Shown here in pieces: positions 20,014-29,499 of a stretch of 58,871 nt of DNA (position 1 is its first letter; the number at the start of each line of letters is the position of its first letter). This DNA comes from Planctomycetota bacterium (GTDB lineage: Bacteria > Planctomycetota > Phycisphaerae > UBA1845), in assembly GCA_038043045.1 (NCBI GenBank), contig JBBTCX010000166.1:1-58871 (forward strand), in the 5' to 3' direction. The notes below the pieces were generated by a model that saw only the letters and a list, made by a program, of their open reading frames with translations, did not search any database and was not told the DNA's origin. The translations under genes were made by a program, and so were the position numbers.

Positions 20014-20904
20014 TCAAAAAGGGTGTCGGACTGCAACTACCGGAGCTTCCGCTTGCGTCCCTTCGTCGTCCCGTTGCACCATCACAACCCCCCCGTTATC
20101 GCGGAATTGAAAGAACCACCGATCTCCCCAGGCCTCCATCACATCCACTCCGAGGATCAAATCCGGCAAGCCTTGGGTATCAAACGGCACTATACTGGCC
20201 CCTACGACCCCCAAGTCGACTCGACCAATAGTGATTTCCACCCTGCCATCCGACGTAATATTCGACCCCGGAAGACTCTCCAACATCTCCCTCCGACCTA
20301 CGCTAACCGATGCTCCGGTGTCCAAAATCGCCGTGATCGTCTGCCCGGCACCAGGTTCCGGTGGATCAAACCCAGCCGCTACCTCGATAAAAATGAAAGA
20401 CGTGGGAAATCCAGACAGATACGGCGGCGGCTCTACAAACCGAAGTTCCGCACCAACATCGGGAAGTTGTGGGTCAAATCGCACGCTGCCCGTTGAAAAA
20501 TCCAGCGCCAAGACCAATCCAGTTTCCCGAAAGAACCGAAACCCCACGCCGTTGCAATCACACAGGTCCGGGCCGATCAACGCAAACGGGGCCTCCCGCT
20601 CAACGCCGTTTACCAGATACCGAAATCCTTCCGTCACGGATACACTTTGCTCGCCACCGTAGGCCAAAACCCGCCCTTCGCCGACCACAGCCAAACCAAA
20701 GTCTTCCCGCAGTAGAACCTCGAAATCTCCGCCCGTATCCACAATCGCCGGAACAGCCGAAGCACCGTTGATCTCTAGCGGCACAAGAAAAAGCGAAGAA
20801 AGCGGCGTCGGGTCATAGGACCCGCAACCAGGCGGAATCAAACCAAACAAACCAAAAAGAATCGCGAGGGTTGTCCATCGACATCCTCGGTGGCGAATCA
20901 GCAT
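20014..20904 (-). CDS. Single-chain two-lobed aspartic protease (clan AA), probably membrane-anchored or a lipoprotein
   Basis: Two catalytic motifs, IVDTGG and ILDTGAS, plus psi-loop-like NGVG and DLILGVD. A hydrophobic N-terminus ends PPGC. Start uncertain (20904 or 20949). Confidence 0.75.
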   Translation of the reverse strand: MLIRHRGCRWTTLAILFGLFGLIPPGCGSYDPTPLSSLFLVPLEINGASAVPAIVDTGGDFEVLLREDFGLAVVGEGRVLAYGGEQSVSVTEGFRYLVNGVEREAPFALIGPDLCDCNGVGFRFFRETGLVLALDFSTGSVRFDPQLPDVGAELRFVEPPPYLSGFPTSFIFIEVAAGFDPPEPGAGQTITAILDTGASVSVGRREMLESLPGSNITSDGRVEITIGRVDLGVVGASIVPFDTQGLPDLILGVDVMEAWGDRWFFQFRDNGGVVMVQRDDEGTQAEAPVVAVRHPF

Positions 20905-21012
20905 GTTGGTCCATTTGCAAGTCATCAGATAGTTGATCGTACGGATCACCGCCTGTCTCGAACATGGGCTTCAATGAATTGCAAAAGAAGGGAAAGGGTT
21001 TCCTAATGCACC

Positions 21013-23151
21013 CTATCGAGTGATCCCGACTAGCCAAGGATCATAGGAATCCGCCCCGTTGAACAAGTCGATAATCCGAATCATGTCCCCCGGATCAAAT
21101 CCGCCGGATCGATTGATGTCGGTGGACCATAATGGGGCGACAACAGATTCTCCACTCAACATTTCCAGCAACGCCCGAACATCGTCCGTCGTTCGAGTCC
21201 CGTCCCCGTTCACATCACCCGGAAAATAACCCAAACGAACGGAAGTTTCACTCGCCACATGAGTAATCGTCGTCCACGTTCCCGGTTCCAAACTCTGATC
21301 AAAAACCAGCTTCACGTTGGTTGGGCCCATGACTCTGATTTCGATGATCCTTGGTGGTGAGATGTCCGTTCGAAGATGCGCGACTCGAAAATCGTCTTCG
21401 CCGATTGCTCCCACGGCGCCATTGAAATACACCTCCAAGGTTCGCCAACCTTGAAGTTGAGGATTCCCAATGTCTCGCGGCTGTCGAGCATCGATCGATC
21501 CATCCGGCGGATCGCTTCCGACAATTCGCGGCCCCGGTTCCGGAACGTGGCGAACGATCAATGCAACTTCGGTATAGCCGCTCCCAACTTCACTCTCCAC
21601 CGTCGCCCCGATCATGATGGGCAAATCCGCTTCCACATCCGTCGCGCGAAAGATTCCGGTCGCACCAATGGTTCCGGCCTCAAACGGCGACCATTGCCAT
21701 ACGGCCTCAGCCGTCAAGTCAATGGGGTCGCCGTCAAGAGGTATGCCCACCACGCGAAGTTGAGCAGAGCTTCGTTCCTGGATTTCAGCGGGCGCTTCGA
21801 TCAACAATCGTCGAAACGGGTTTACCAGGGTCAAGCAAGTCCGCGCATTTCGATAGGCTACGATATCCGGCGCGCTCCATTCCGGATGAAACTGATTCGC
21901 GCAGCTCAACGTCGCGTTCATCGTCCAACCACCGCAGTGACAATGCCCGGCACTCCAATTGTGTCCCAGTTCGTGGGCCGTCAGATCGGATTTACAGCTC
22001 AAACTACCGCAACACCCCGATTCCACCACACTGAAACTGTTCGTATTGCAAATACCGTAACGCCACGCCACGCCGATCGTCGATCCGGTTAATGGCCGAC
22101 CCGTAAAAAGCTGGGCAACGTCATAAACCCCATCCCCATGATGATTCCGCCATTGGTCGGCAAACTGCCGCAACAACGTGGCCGGATCTTCTGACGTATA
22201 CGGATCATCCTCCGTCGTTCGAATGATGATTCGCGTGATGACATGCCGAATTCCAACGTCACGTTCATACGCGGCGTTCGCCGCATGCAGAACCGCTTCG
22301 ATCTGATTCGCGGCGAGTAAGGCGTCGCCCATGTCGACGTAAAACTCATAGTCGCCGTCAACCGCCAGTTCGGCTTGAACTATCCCCAGGCCTTGACCGG
22401 CAACAAAACCGGGATCGCCTACAGACTCGGCGGTTTCATCCTCGCTCAGCAGCAGACAGTTTCCCCCAAGTTCCTGTGTCGATTCAGGCCGCAGGTTGTA
22501 ACTTTTCTCGTCGGTCGAATTTTCCTTTACCGGCTCCAACCAAAACACATGTTTGGTCGGCGTTTCGATCCTTGCATGAATTCCGCCCTGCAGCCATGAA
22601 CCTCGCACGTCGCTGCCCGGCCATTCTTCTACCACTCCGCGAAACGTCTGTACCGGTCCAGGTTCGATGGGTTCATAGGACCCACCCGGCAATTGCACGA
22701 CGACGCTGAATCCTCCCGCCCTTACACTGTCCGGCCACAGGTCAAAGGTAAAAGATCGCCCGCCAGAACTGAACGAGGCTTTCGTTTCGCCATCCACCCC
22801 GTATTCCAAACCCGTCATTCGCGCGGGACCTTCAAGATAGTGAACGAAAGATTCTCCGGACGAAACTGTTCCTTCTGGAGGTCCGCGATCGGCCAATACC
22901 CGCGCCGATGTAAACCCTGCTAAAATCAAAACCACTCGAACCGCATGCTTTAAAAACTGATAGGTTGGTGGCACCTGATTCAAGAACGAGTGAACGATCA
23001 CTATCAAAACCGACGGTTGCTTGCCTTTTGGCAACGGCTCTTCACTTCGTTGAATTCGAAGCGCCCGGCCGTTCCGGTAAGACCTACCCCAAGCACACCC
23101 CATCCTGATCCACCGGCCCCAAAAAACCCGAAAGCTCAAATCCCCCAGCAA
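21013..23151 (-). CDS. Secreted M12B/reprolysin-like metzincin with a C-terminal dockerin-like module
   Basis: AELAVDGDYEFY, DVAQLFTGR, TAHELGHNWSAGH and Met-turn WTMN. Tail PGDVNGDG...DINRSGGFD. The true start is probably downstream of 23151, since the signal-like segment is AVRVVLILAGFTSARVLA. Confidence 0.85.
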   Translation of the reverse strand: MLGDLSFRVFWGRWIRMGCAWGRSYRNGRALRIQRSEEPLPKGKQPSVLIVIVHSFLNQVPPTYQFLKHAVRVVLILAGFTSARVLADRGPPEGTVSSGESFVHYLEGPARMTGLEYGVDGETKASFSSGGRSFTFDLWPDSVRAGGFSVVVQLPGGSYEPIEPGPVQTFRGVVEEWPGSDVRGSWLQGGIHARIETPTKHVFWLEPVKENSTDEKSYNLRPESTQELGGNCLLLSEDETAESVGDPGFVAGQGLGIVQAELAVDGDYEFYVDMGDALLAANQIEAVLHAANAAYERDVGIRHVITRIIIRTTEDDPYTSEDPATLLRQFADQWRNHHGDGVYDVAQLFTGRPLTGSTIGVAWRYGICNTNSFSVVESGCCGSLSCKSDLTAHELGHNWSAGHCHCGGWTMNATLSCANQFHPEWSAPDIVAYRNARTCLTLVNPFRRLLIEAPAEIQERSSAQLRVVGIPLDGDPIDLTAEAVWQWSPFEAGTIGATGIFRATDVEADLPIMIGATVESEVGSGYTEVALIVRHVPEPGPRIVGSDPPDGSIDARQPRDIGNPQLQGWRTLEVYFNGAVGAIGEDDFRVAHLRTDISPPRIIEIRVMGPTNVKLVFDQSLEPGTWTTITHVASETSVRLGYFPGDVNGDGTRTTDDVRALLEMLSGESVVAPLWSTDINRSGGFDPGDMIRIIDLFNGADSYDPWLVGITR

Positions 23152-23343
23152 GCTACGTTATTATCTGTAAAGAGTTTGCATCAATCAACTTCTGTCACAA
23201 ACTTGTTCTCTCAAAACGGGTACATTTTCGGACTTTCAATGTTCCGATAACCGAATGAAATGGTCCGATAAGTGGCGTGGCGTCACCGTCGCGGATTTGT
23301 GATGCAATGATTTCAAACCTGGTTCGTTTAGAATGGTATAGAA

Positions 23344-23913
23344 ATGAGTTCAAGAGGTCTTACGCTTGAAATGGATGACCTTGCCGAATGGATCAGCCGG
23401 GCAAAATCCCTTGATGCACAGGCGTTTGATGTACTCATTGAGCGATACTCAGCGAGGCTTTATGGATTTCTGTACCGCTTAACTGGACAGCGTGAGGATA
23501 CGGAGGACTTGGTCCAGGAGGTGTTTGTTCGCGTGGTCAGAACAATTTCAGAGTTTGAGCAGGTCGGGCATTTCGACGCCTGGATCTTTCGAATCGCGAT
23601 GAATTTGGTTCGTGACCGAGCAAGGAAAAGCAAAGCATCGCAAAAGATACCACTAGCGGAATGGGCTCGAGGTCAGGACAAAGAGGTCCGCGACCCGGAA
23701 AAGAAATTGGAATTCGTCGAGGAGAGTGAGAAGCTTCAAGCAGCCTTGAATGAACTACCGGACTTGGATCGAGAAGTCATCATGTTGCGTCACTACGGCC
23801 AACTGAGTTTTCCAAGGATTGCGGAAATCTTGAAGACGCCGACGGGAACGCTTATGGCTCGTGCTCATCGGGCGCTTGGGAAACTGCGAGCCGCTTTGGA
23901 GTCTCCGACATGA
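23344..23913 (+). CDS. ECF RNA polymerase sigma factor
   Basis: Region 2 EDLVQEVFVRV...FDAWIFRIAMN and region 4 EVIMLRHYGQLSFPRIAEILKTPTGTLMARAHRA. Confidence 0.93.
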   Translation: MSSRGLTLEMDDLAEWISRAKSLDAQAFDVLIERYSARLYGFLYRLTGQREDTEDLVQEVFVRVVRTISEFEQVGHFDAWIFRIAMNLVRDRARKSKASQKIPLAEWARGQDKEVRDPEKKLEFVEESEKLQAALNELPDLDREVIMLRHYGQLSFPRIAEILKTPTGTLMARAHRALGKLRAALESPT

Positions 23914-24455
23914 CGAGTGACAACGATTGGCAGTCTGAAATCGAGCGAAACGAAGCCTGGTTTCGCGGGGTTTGTCCTGACGTTCCAGAAGAGGAACTGG
24001 AAGGAGTCAAGCTCAAGGCCCGCGTCGCCGTGCAAGAAGAATGGCTTAGCGCCCGCATGAACGATGCGGTTCCTACGGGTATGACGTCGCGCGTAAGAGA
24101 ACGCGTGCGTCGTGCGATCGTCGAGAAACGTCCCAAGCGATTCGGCATGACGCGGCGCTCAACCCGATGGTTCGGAGCGTTGGCTGCCGCGGCGGCCATT
24201 GCACTGTTTTTTTGGATGGGGCCGCGCGGGACCCCTCAAACCGAATCTTCAACGGACACCGTTGCGGTTTTTAGCGAATACCAAACCGATGCGTGGAGTG
24301 AATCTTTGGACGAACTCGATGACGAAATCTCCGTATTGGAATTGGTGTGGGGCGAGGAGACGGATTTTCAACGCGACGAGGATGAATACAACGAACTTCA
24401 GGATGCGATCGACCGTTTAATGTGGGACGGTTCGTCAGACCCGGATTGGTCGTAG
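23910..24455 (+). CDS. Probable anti-sigma factor (single TM)
   Basis: ATGA overlap with the sigma gene, one central TM (WFGALAAAAAIALFFW) and an acidic C-terminal segment. Confidence 0.65.
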   Translation: MTSDNDWQSEIERNEAWFRGVCPDVPEEELEGVKLKARVAVQEEWLSARMNDAVPTGMTSRVRERVRRAIVEKRPKRFGMTRRSTRWFGALAAAAAIALFFWMGPRGTPQTESSTDTVAVFSEYQTDAWSESLDELDDEISVLELVWGEETDFQRDEDEYNELQDAIDRLMWDGSSDPDWS

Positions 24456-24482
24456 AGTTCTGAGTTCATAGCCAAAGATTGG

Positions 24483-25211
24483 ATGAATCCAATGATCTCC
24501 CCAAGAGCCGCAACACACTGGAGTTTCAAGTTAAGGTGCATGGTGATCGCCATCGGGCTAACTTCGTTTTCGCGGGGATATGCACAAGGACCGGAAAACC
24601 GGGGGCCGCACGAGCGTGACGAAATGCTCCGTGGCGACCGGGGGCCGGGCGATGAATTGTTTCCCGATCGCCCGGACATGTGGCTCGACCGAAGACCGCC
24701 GCCGTTTGAAATGACGGAGGTCGAACGCAACCAATTACGCGAGTTCATACGCGAACATTTTCCGATCATTTCCGAAGAATTAGACCGTTTGCGAGACCGC
24801 ACTCCGGAATTGTACGAAAGGCGATTGCGCCGAATCGCGCCGGAGATGCGCCGTCTGTTTGAACTGGTGCGGTCCGATCCACAACGCGGATTGCTTATGA
24901 TTCAGGAACGAAAGCTGGACATGCAAGTCCGTCTGATCGCTCGAAGATATCACATGGCCCGTGATGACCAAGAGCGCGCGGAGCTTCGGTTTGAGGTCCG
25001 CAAGAAGGCGGAGCAACTTTTCGACCTTCGTCGTCAACGCCGCGAATTGGAAATCCAAGAATTGGAAACTCGAATCACCGACCTACGCAATCGGCTAAAA
25101 GAAACCGCGCTGCGCCGAGAACAGGTCATCGATGAAGATGTCCGAGAATTCTTGGAACAACCTCCACCCGGACCCTTTCCGCGGCGCGAGCCTGGAAGGC
25201 CGCCCGAATGA
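24483..25211 (+). CDS. Secreted helical/coiled-coil protein (loosely Spy/CpxP-like), third gene of the ECF cluster
   Basis: Signal-like N-terminus, Pro/Gly/Arg-rich linkers and an E/R/L-rich helical core. Confidence 0.6.
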   Translation: MNPMISPRAATHWSFKLRCMVIAIGLTSFSRGYAQGPENRGPHERDEMLRGDRGPGDELFPDRPDMWLDRRPPPFEMTEVERNQLREFIREHFPIISEELDRLRDRTPELYERRLRRIAPEMRRLFELVRSDPQRGLLMIQERKLDMQVRLIARRYHMARDDQERAELRFEVRKKAEQLFDLRRQRRELEIQELETRITDLRNRLKETALRREQVIDEDVREFLEQPPPGPFPRREPGRPPE

Positions 25212-25406
25212 AAATATACACAACTTCATATAATATAATATGTTACGAGTAACTGGCGTTGGTACGCGCTTATTTCAAATTTGCCGAAAACCCCGCTAGC
25301 GAGTCCGAATGCGTCCCCGTATAATCCGCACGCCGAACGAAGTCGATAAGAACCGTTCGTGGGTAGCGTTTTTTGATTTGGACTTCCATAGAGAACAGGA
25401 GTCGAT

Positions 25407-25610
25407 GTGATCAAAGTCAGGCCTCGCGGGAACGAATCCATTCAGCAAATGTTGAAGCGCTTTAAGCGCCTTTGCCAAAGAGAAGGTCTTACCCGCGACA
25501 TGAAGCGGCATAGCTATTACGAAAAACCATCTGAACGTAAGCGCCGCGCCTCACGCAAAACCGTACGCAAGGTCGACGGGAAGGACGCTCCGCCCCCCAG
25601 GGTGAAGTAG
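25407..25610 (+). CDS. rpsU: 30S ribosomal protein bS21
   Basis: ESIQQMLKRFKRLCQREGLTRDMKRHSYYEKPSERKRR. SD AGGAG precedes the GTG start. Confidence 0.93.
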   Translation: MIKVRPRGNESIQQMLKRFKRLCQREGLTRDMKRHSYYEKPSERKRRASRKTVRKVDGKDAPPPRVK

Positions 25611-25709
25611 TGCGGATTTCGCTGATGCGCATCGCCCGCGCCTCATTCTCTCTGCTCATCTTCGGTTCTAACCGGGTATGCAAGTGCGGTAGATTCGCGG
25701 AGGTGCGAT

Positions 25710-26552
25710 TTGATTAACTCCTTACTCATGATGGCAACGCTGAGTTTGATCCTGGGGGCCGATGGAGACATGGGGATGACACCTGATGCGGCCCGAATGG
25801 AGGGCGTTTGGCGGTTCGATTTTGTCGAGGTTGACGGCACAAGGAAACCGGAACCGCCCTTTGCCACGAATAAGGTGATTATGTTGAAAGATGGTCGCTT
25901 CGTGATCACGCAAGGATCGCAATTTACGCATGGCGTGATGAAGATCGATTCGACGAAAAAGCCGAAACAATACGATTCGACGATTACGCGGGGAACCGCC
26001 AAGGGTCTTACGTTTTCGTGCATTTACGAGCTTGACGGAGATTCGCTTAAGCTCTGCGGCTCCTATCGCGGTGGAGATCGGCCAGGCGATTTTGTGACCG
26101 GGCCTGGAAGTGGACTCGTGATGCAAGTCCTCAAGAGAGAAAAGCAAAACGTCCAAGACGCGTTGAGAGAAGTAGCACAAAAAGAGCTTTTCGGAAGCTG
26201 GCAGGGGATTTCGTGCACACGCGATGGATCGCCCGAATCGGGTGAAGATTCCAAGAAGATGAGAGTGGCGTTCGATCCCGATGGAAAAATCACCGTTGTC
26301 GAAGGTGATGGAGTATCTCATTCGGCAAGCACGACGATTGACGCACTGGTCGATCCCCTGGCGATCGATATAGTTTACACGGACGGCAAGATGAAGGGCC
26401 AAATCTGGCTCGGCATCGCCACGATCGACGGCGATTCGCTTACGATCTGTCGCGCGATGCCCGGCAAAACTCGGCCGACGGAATTTCGATCCGACCCAGG
26501 CAGTGGACGCACGCTGGTGACCTGGCACCGGCTCGAGGCGGAGAAAAAGTGA
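25710..26552 (+). CDS. Secreted protein with two tandem TIGR03067-like (planctomycete) domains
   Basis: Signal peptide, then two similar units: MEGVWR...IDSTKKPKQYD...IYELDGDSLKLC...RPGDF and LFGSWQ...IDALVDPLAID...IATIDGDSLTIC...RPTEF. SD GGAGG precedes TTG. Confidence 0.8.
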   Translation: MINSLLMMATLSLILGADGDMGMTPDAARMEGVWRFDFVEVDGTRKPEPPFATNKVIMLKDGRFVITQGSQFTHGVMKIDSTKKPKQYDSTITRGTAKGLTFSCIYELDGDSLKLCGSYRGGDRPGDFVTGPGSGLVMQVLKREKQNVQDALREVAQKELFGSWQGISCTRDGSPESGEDSKKMRVAFDPDGKITVVEGDGVSHSASTTIDALVDPLAIDIVYTDGKMKGQIWLGIATIDGDSLTICRAMPGKTRPTEFRSDPGSGRTLVTWHRLEAEKK

Positions 26553-26650
26553 GCGTGCCGCTTTCGAACTTGACGCAGCCCGCGCGCGGCGGTCGATTAA
26601 GGTAGGTTCGCTCAGAACTACGGTGCGTGCAATTCTAAAGGAACTCGATC

Positions 26651-27436
26651 GTGGCAAACGGTCCCAAAGTCGCACTCGTCACGGGGGGTTCACGAGGGAT
26701 CGGACGCGCGATCTGCGTCGAGCTTGCCAAAAGCGGATATGCCGTCGTCATTAATTTTCAAGAGAATCTCGGAGCCGCGGAAGAGACGAGGGAATTCGTC
26801 GAAGCCGAAGGGGTTCCATCGGAAATTTGTCAGGGCGACATCGCGGATTCGATGCAACGGGAGTTGATCGTGGATTCCGCGATGGAGCGTTTCGGGCGGA
26901 TCGACCTCTTGGTCAACAACGCGGGGATCGCACCCTCGGAACGCCGCGACATTCTGGAAACCGAAGAGGAAACTTTCGATCGCATTTTGAATATCAATCT
27001 TCGCGCACCCTATTTTCTTACCCAGCGTGTGGCGCGAGTGATGATCGAACTCATCGAAGACAAAACGATCGACACGGCATCGATTGTGAACATTTCATCG
27101 CTTCGATCGTATACCGCCGCGCGGAATTACGGGGAATATTGCATCAGCAAAGCCGGGGTCAGCATGGTGACGAAGTTGTTCGCCGTGCGGTTGGCCGAGT
27201 ATGGAATTCGCGTGTACGAGGTTTGCCCGGGAATTATTGAGACGGATATGACATCGAGTGACACCACGCGAGCGTATTACAACACCAAGCTGGCCGCGGG
27301 CATGGCCCCGATCAATCGATGGGGACAACCCGAGGAAGTGGCCAAAGCGGTGGGGGCGATCGCTCGGGGAGATTTTCCATTCACCACGGGGGCGGTGTTT
27401 CACGTTGACGGCGGGTGGCACTTGCGGTCGTTGTGA
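26651..27436 (+). CDS. SDR-family oxidoreductase (3-ketoacyl-ACP reductase-like)
   Basis: TGGSRGIG, LVNNAG, YCISK (YxxxK) and CPGIIETDM. Confidence 0.92.
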   Translation: MANGPKVALVTGGSRGIGRAICVELAKSGYAVVINFQENLGAAEETREFVEAEGVPSEICQGDIADSMQRELIVDSAMERFGRIDLLVNNAGIAPSERRDILETEEETFDRILNINLRAPYFLTQRVARVMIELIEDKTIDTASIVNISSLRSYTAARNYGEYCISKAGVSMVTKLFAVRLAEYGIRVYEVCPGIIETDMTSSDTTRAYYNTKLAAGMAPINRWGQPEEVAKAVGAIARGDFPFTTGAVFHVDGGWHLRSL

Positions 27437-27670
27437 TGTCGGTCGCTGTCGGAAGGCCAGACCACAAGGGAAGACTGCCACCCGTGCGAGCAGTTCATTC
27501 AACGCCGGCGGAGTCAGTACGGCGGAGTTTTGGCACCGACGACGATGTGGTCACGATCCGTCATGATCTATGCCTCATCCGTCAATGATCTCACGGTCGA
27601 GGATTTGAGCGCAATAAAAGCCCGCCACTATACCTCACCCCATTGTCGATAACCGGGCGGAAGAAAAATC

Positions 27671-29101
27671 CTAGTATCGATAATGCGGCGATTTGTAAGG
27701 GCCGTCGACCGAAACGCCAATATACTCGGCTTGGTCAGGACGTAACTTCGTAAGTCTTACACCCAGTTTGTCCAAATGCAGACGCGCGACTTTTTCATCC
27801 AAGTGCTTTGGAAGCGTGTAGACTTTTTTCTCGTATTTTAAGCCGTTTTGAAACAATTCCATTTGGGCGAGAACCTGGTTCGTAAAGCTATTGCTCATCA
27901 CAAAACTCGGATGCCCCGTCGCACAACCAAGGTTGACCAGCCGCCCCTCGGCCAACAAAAGAATTGCATGACCATCCGGGTACACCCACTTATCCACTTG
28001 GGGTTTAATATTTTCCTTCTTGATCCCCGACGTCTTCTTTAGACCGGCCATGTCGACCTCGTTATCGAAGTGACCGATGTTGCAGACGATCGCCAGATGT
28101 TTCATCTTGGCCATGTCCGACGCGAGGATGATGTCCTTGTTGCCTGTTGCGGTCACGAAGATGTCGGCGGTACGTACCACGTCGTCGAGTGTTTTGACTT
28201 CATACCCTTCCATGCACGCCTGCAACGCGCAGATCGGATCCACCTCTGTGATCACCACGCGACATCCTTGGCCCCGCAAGCTTTGTGCCGATCCTTTCCC
28301 AACGTCGCCAAACCCGCAAACGACGGCCACCTTGCCAGAGAGCATGACGTCCGTCGCCCGCATGATCGCATCGACGAGAGAATGTCGGCAGCCGTATATG
28401 TTGTCGAATTTACTCTTGGTCACGCTGTCGTTGACGTTGATCGCAGGGAACAACAGCGTGCCCGCCTCTTGACGTTGATAGAGACGGCGAACACCCGTAG
28501 TCGTTTCCTCGCTGACGCCCACGATTTTTTCGGCCATTCGATGCCACTTTTGCGGATCGTCTTGAATCTCATCGCGCAACAGCTCGAGGATGAGTTCCAG
28601 CTCTTCGTTATTCCGCGCGGTCTTGGGATCGGGCAGCGCACGACTTTTCGCAAACGTGTTTTCCGCCTCATAGCCCATGTGGATCAACAGCGTGGCATCT
28701 CCGCCGTCGTCGACAATGACATTGGGTCCGCCTTCCGGGAAATCCAATGCCCGTGCCGTGCACCACCAATACTCCTGTAGGGTCTCTCCCTTCCAGGCAA
28801 AAACCGGAATCCCCGCTTCCGCAATCGCTGCGGCCGCATGGTCCTGCGTGCTGAAAATATTGCAGCTACACCATCGCACCTCGGCACCGAGCTCCACCAG
28901 TGTTTCGATCAACACCGCTGTCTGAATGGTCATGTGCAAGGACCCGGTAATCCGCGCGCCCTTGAGCGGTTTTTTCCCGGCATATTGCTCGCGGAGGGCC
29001 ATCAATCCCGGCATCTCGTGCTCGGCCAGGATAATCTCCTTCCGACCATACTCGGCGAGTCCGAGGTCCGATACCTTAAAGTCCTGTACGACCGTTGTCA
29101 T
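27671..29101 (-). CDS. ahcY: Adenosylhomocysteinase
   Basis: [53 protein letters not shown] and [14 protein letters not shown]. Start set to ATG 29101 (SD GGAG upstream), giving 476 aa. Confidence 0.97.
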   Translation of the reverse strand: MTTVVQDFKVSDLGLAEYGRKEIILAEHEMPGLMALREQYAGKKPLKGARITGSLHMTIQTAVLIETLVELGAEVRWCSCNIFSTQDHAAAAIAEAGIPVFAWKGETLQEYWWCTARALDFPEGGPNVIVDDGGDATLLIHMGYEAENTFAKSRALPDPKTARNNEELELILELLRDEIQDDPQKWHRMAEKIVGVSEETTTGVRRLYQRQEAGTLLFPAINVNDSVTKSKFDNIYGCRHSLVDAIMRATDVMLSGKVAVVCGFGDVGKGSAQSLRGQGCRVVITEVDPICALQACMEGYEVKTLDDVVRTADIFVTATGNKDIILASDMAKMKHLAIVCNIGHFDNEVDMAGLKKTSGIKKENIKPQVDKWVYPDGHAILLLAEGRLVNLGCATGHPSFVMSNSFTNQVLAQMELFQNGLKYEKKVYTLPKHLDEKVARLHLDKLGVRLTKLRPDQAEYIGVSVDGPYKSPHYRY

Positions 29102-29251
29102 TGGCTTCTCCGTTTGAACGGGGTTTCTTAACCACAGATTCCATATCGACCGCTGGGGTTTGGCCATGAAACGGACCAAACCCGATTGCACTTCTCGCTT
29201 CGTCTCAAGGATTAGCGGGCCTTGATGACCGTCCCCCTTCATTCCGGGCAA

Positions 29252-29318
29252 CTGAACTGCGAAGGCCTCGAACCTTCGAATCGCTGATTCAGAGTCAGCT
29301 ACCGCCAAGTGAATTCCA
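29252..29318 (-). ncRNA. tRNA-Gln(CUG)-like element with a defective D-arm, in the ahcY leader
   Basis: Anticodon arm GCTGA-CTCTGAA-TCAGC, 5-nt variable region GATTC, T arm GAAGG-TTCGAGG-CCTTC. The acceptor stem is imperfect and there is no canonical D-arm. Confidence 0.5.
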
Positions 29319-29341
29319 CGCGAGTAGCCCGGTTTTGTCAA
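29313..29341 (-). promoter_or_regulatory. Candidate sigma70 promoter for ahcY
   Basis: TTGACA (29341-29336), 17 nt, TGGAAT (29318-29313). The -35 is perfect, but the -10 lacks the conserved second-position A. Confidence 0.45.
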
Positions 29342-29499
29342 CTACCTCCAGCATTTTTCGCAGCAGTCAGAATTTGGACCCAACGAATGATGGCCCCAAT
29401 CTCGCCGTCGTCGTTGCGGCATCGGGAAGCTTGACCTGATCCCCGCAATGGGTCCGGTCCTTGTTCCTTCAGGACTTCTTCAATGGATGGGGCAACAGT

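Noticed and set aside
25229-25253. Tandem TATAAT and the palindrome GTTAC-GA-GTAAC upstream of rpsU
   Set aside because: The AT-rich patch has no matching -35, and a 5-bp half-site is too short to assign.
25722-26675. 317-aa antisense ORF
   Set aside because: Shadow of the TIGR03067 gene, with no recognisable motifs.
29108-29125. CCGTTCAAACGG near the ahcY start, reminiscent of SAH riboswitch 3' ends
   Set aside because: The GAGGAGCG and CCAGGCTC core elements are absent. It is a small hairpin next to the SD.
29102-29341. 80-aa N-terminal extension of AhcY in the ORF track
   Set aside because: AhcY similarity starts at [10 protein letters not shown] (ATG 29101, SD GGAG). The TTG at 29341 is part of a TTGACA box and the segment is structured RNA.
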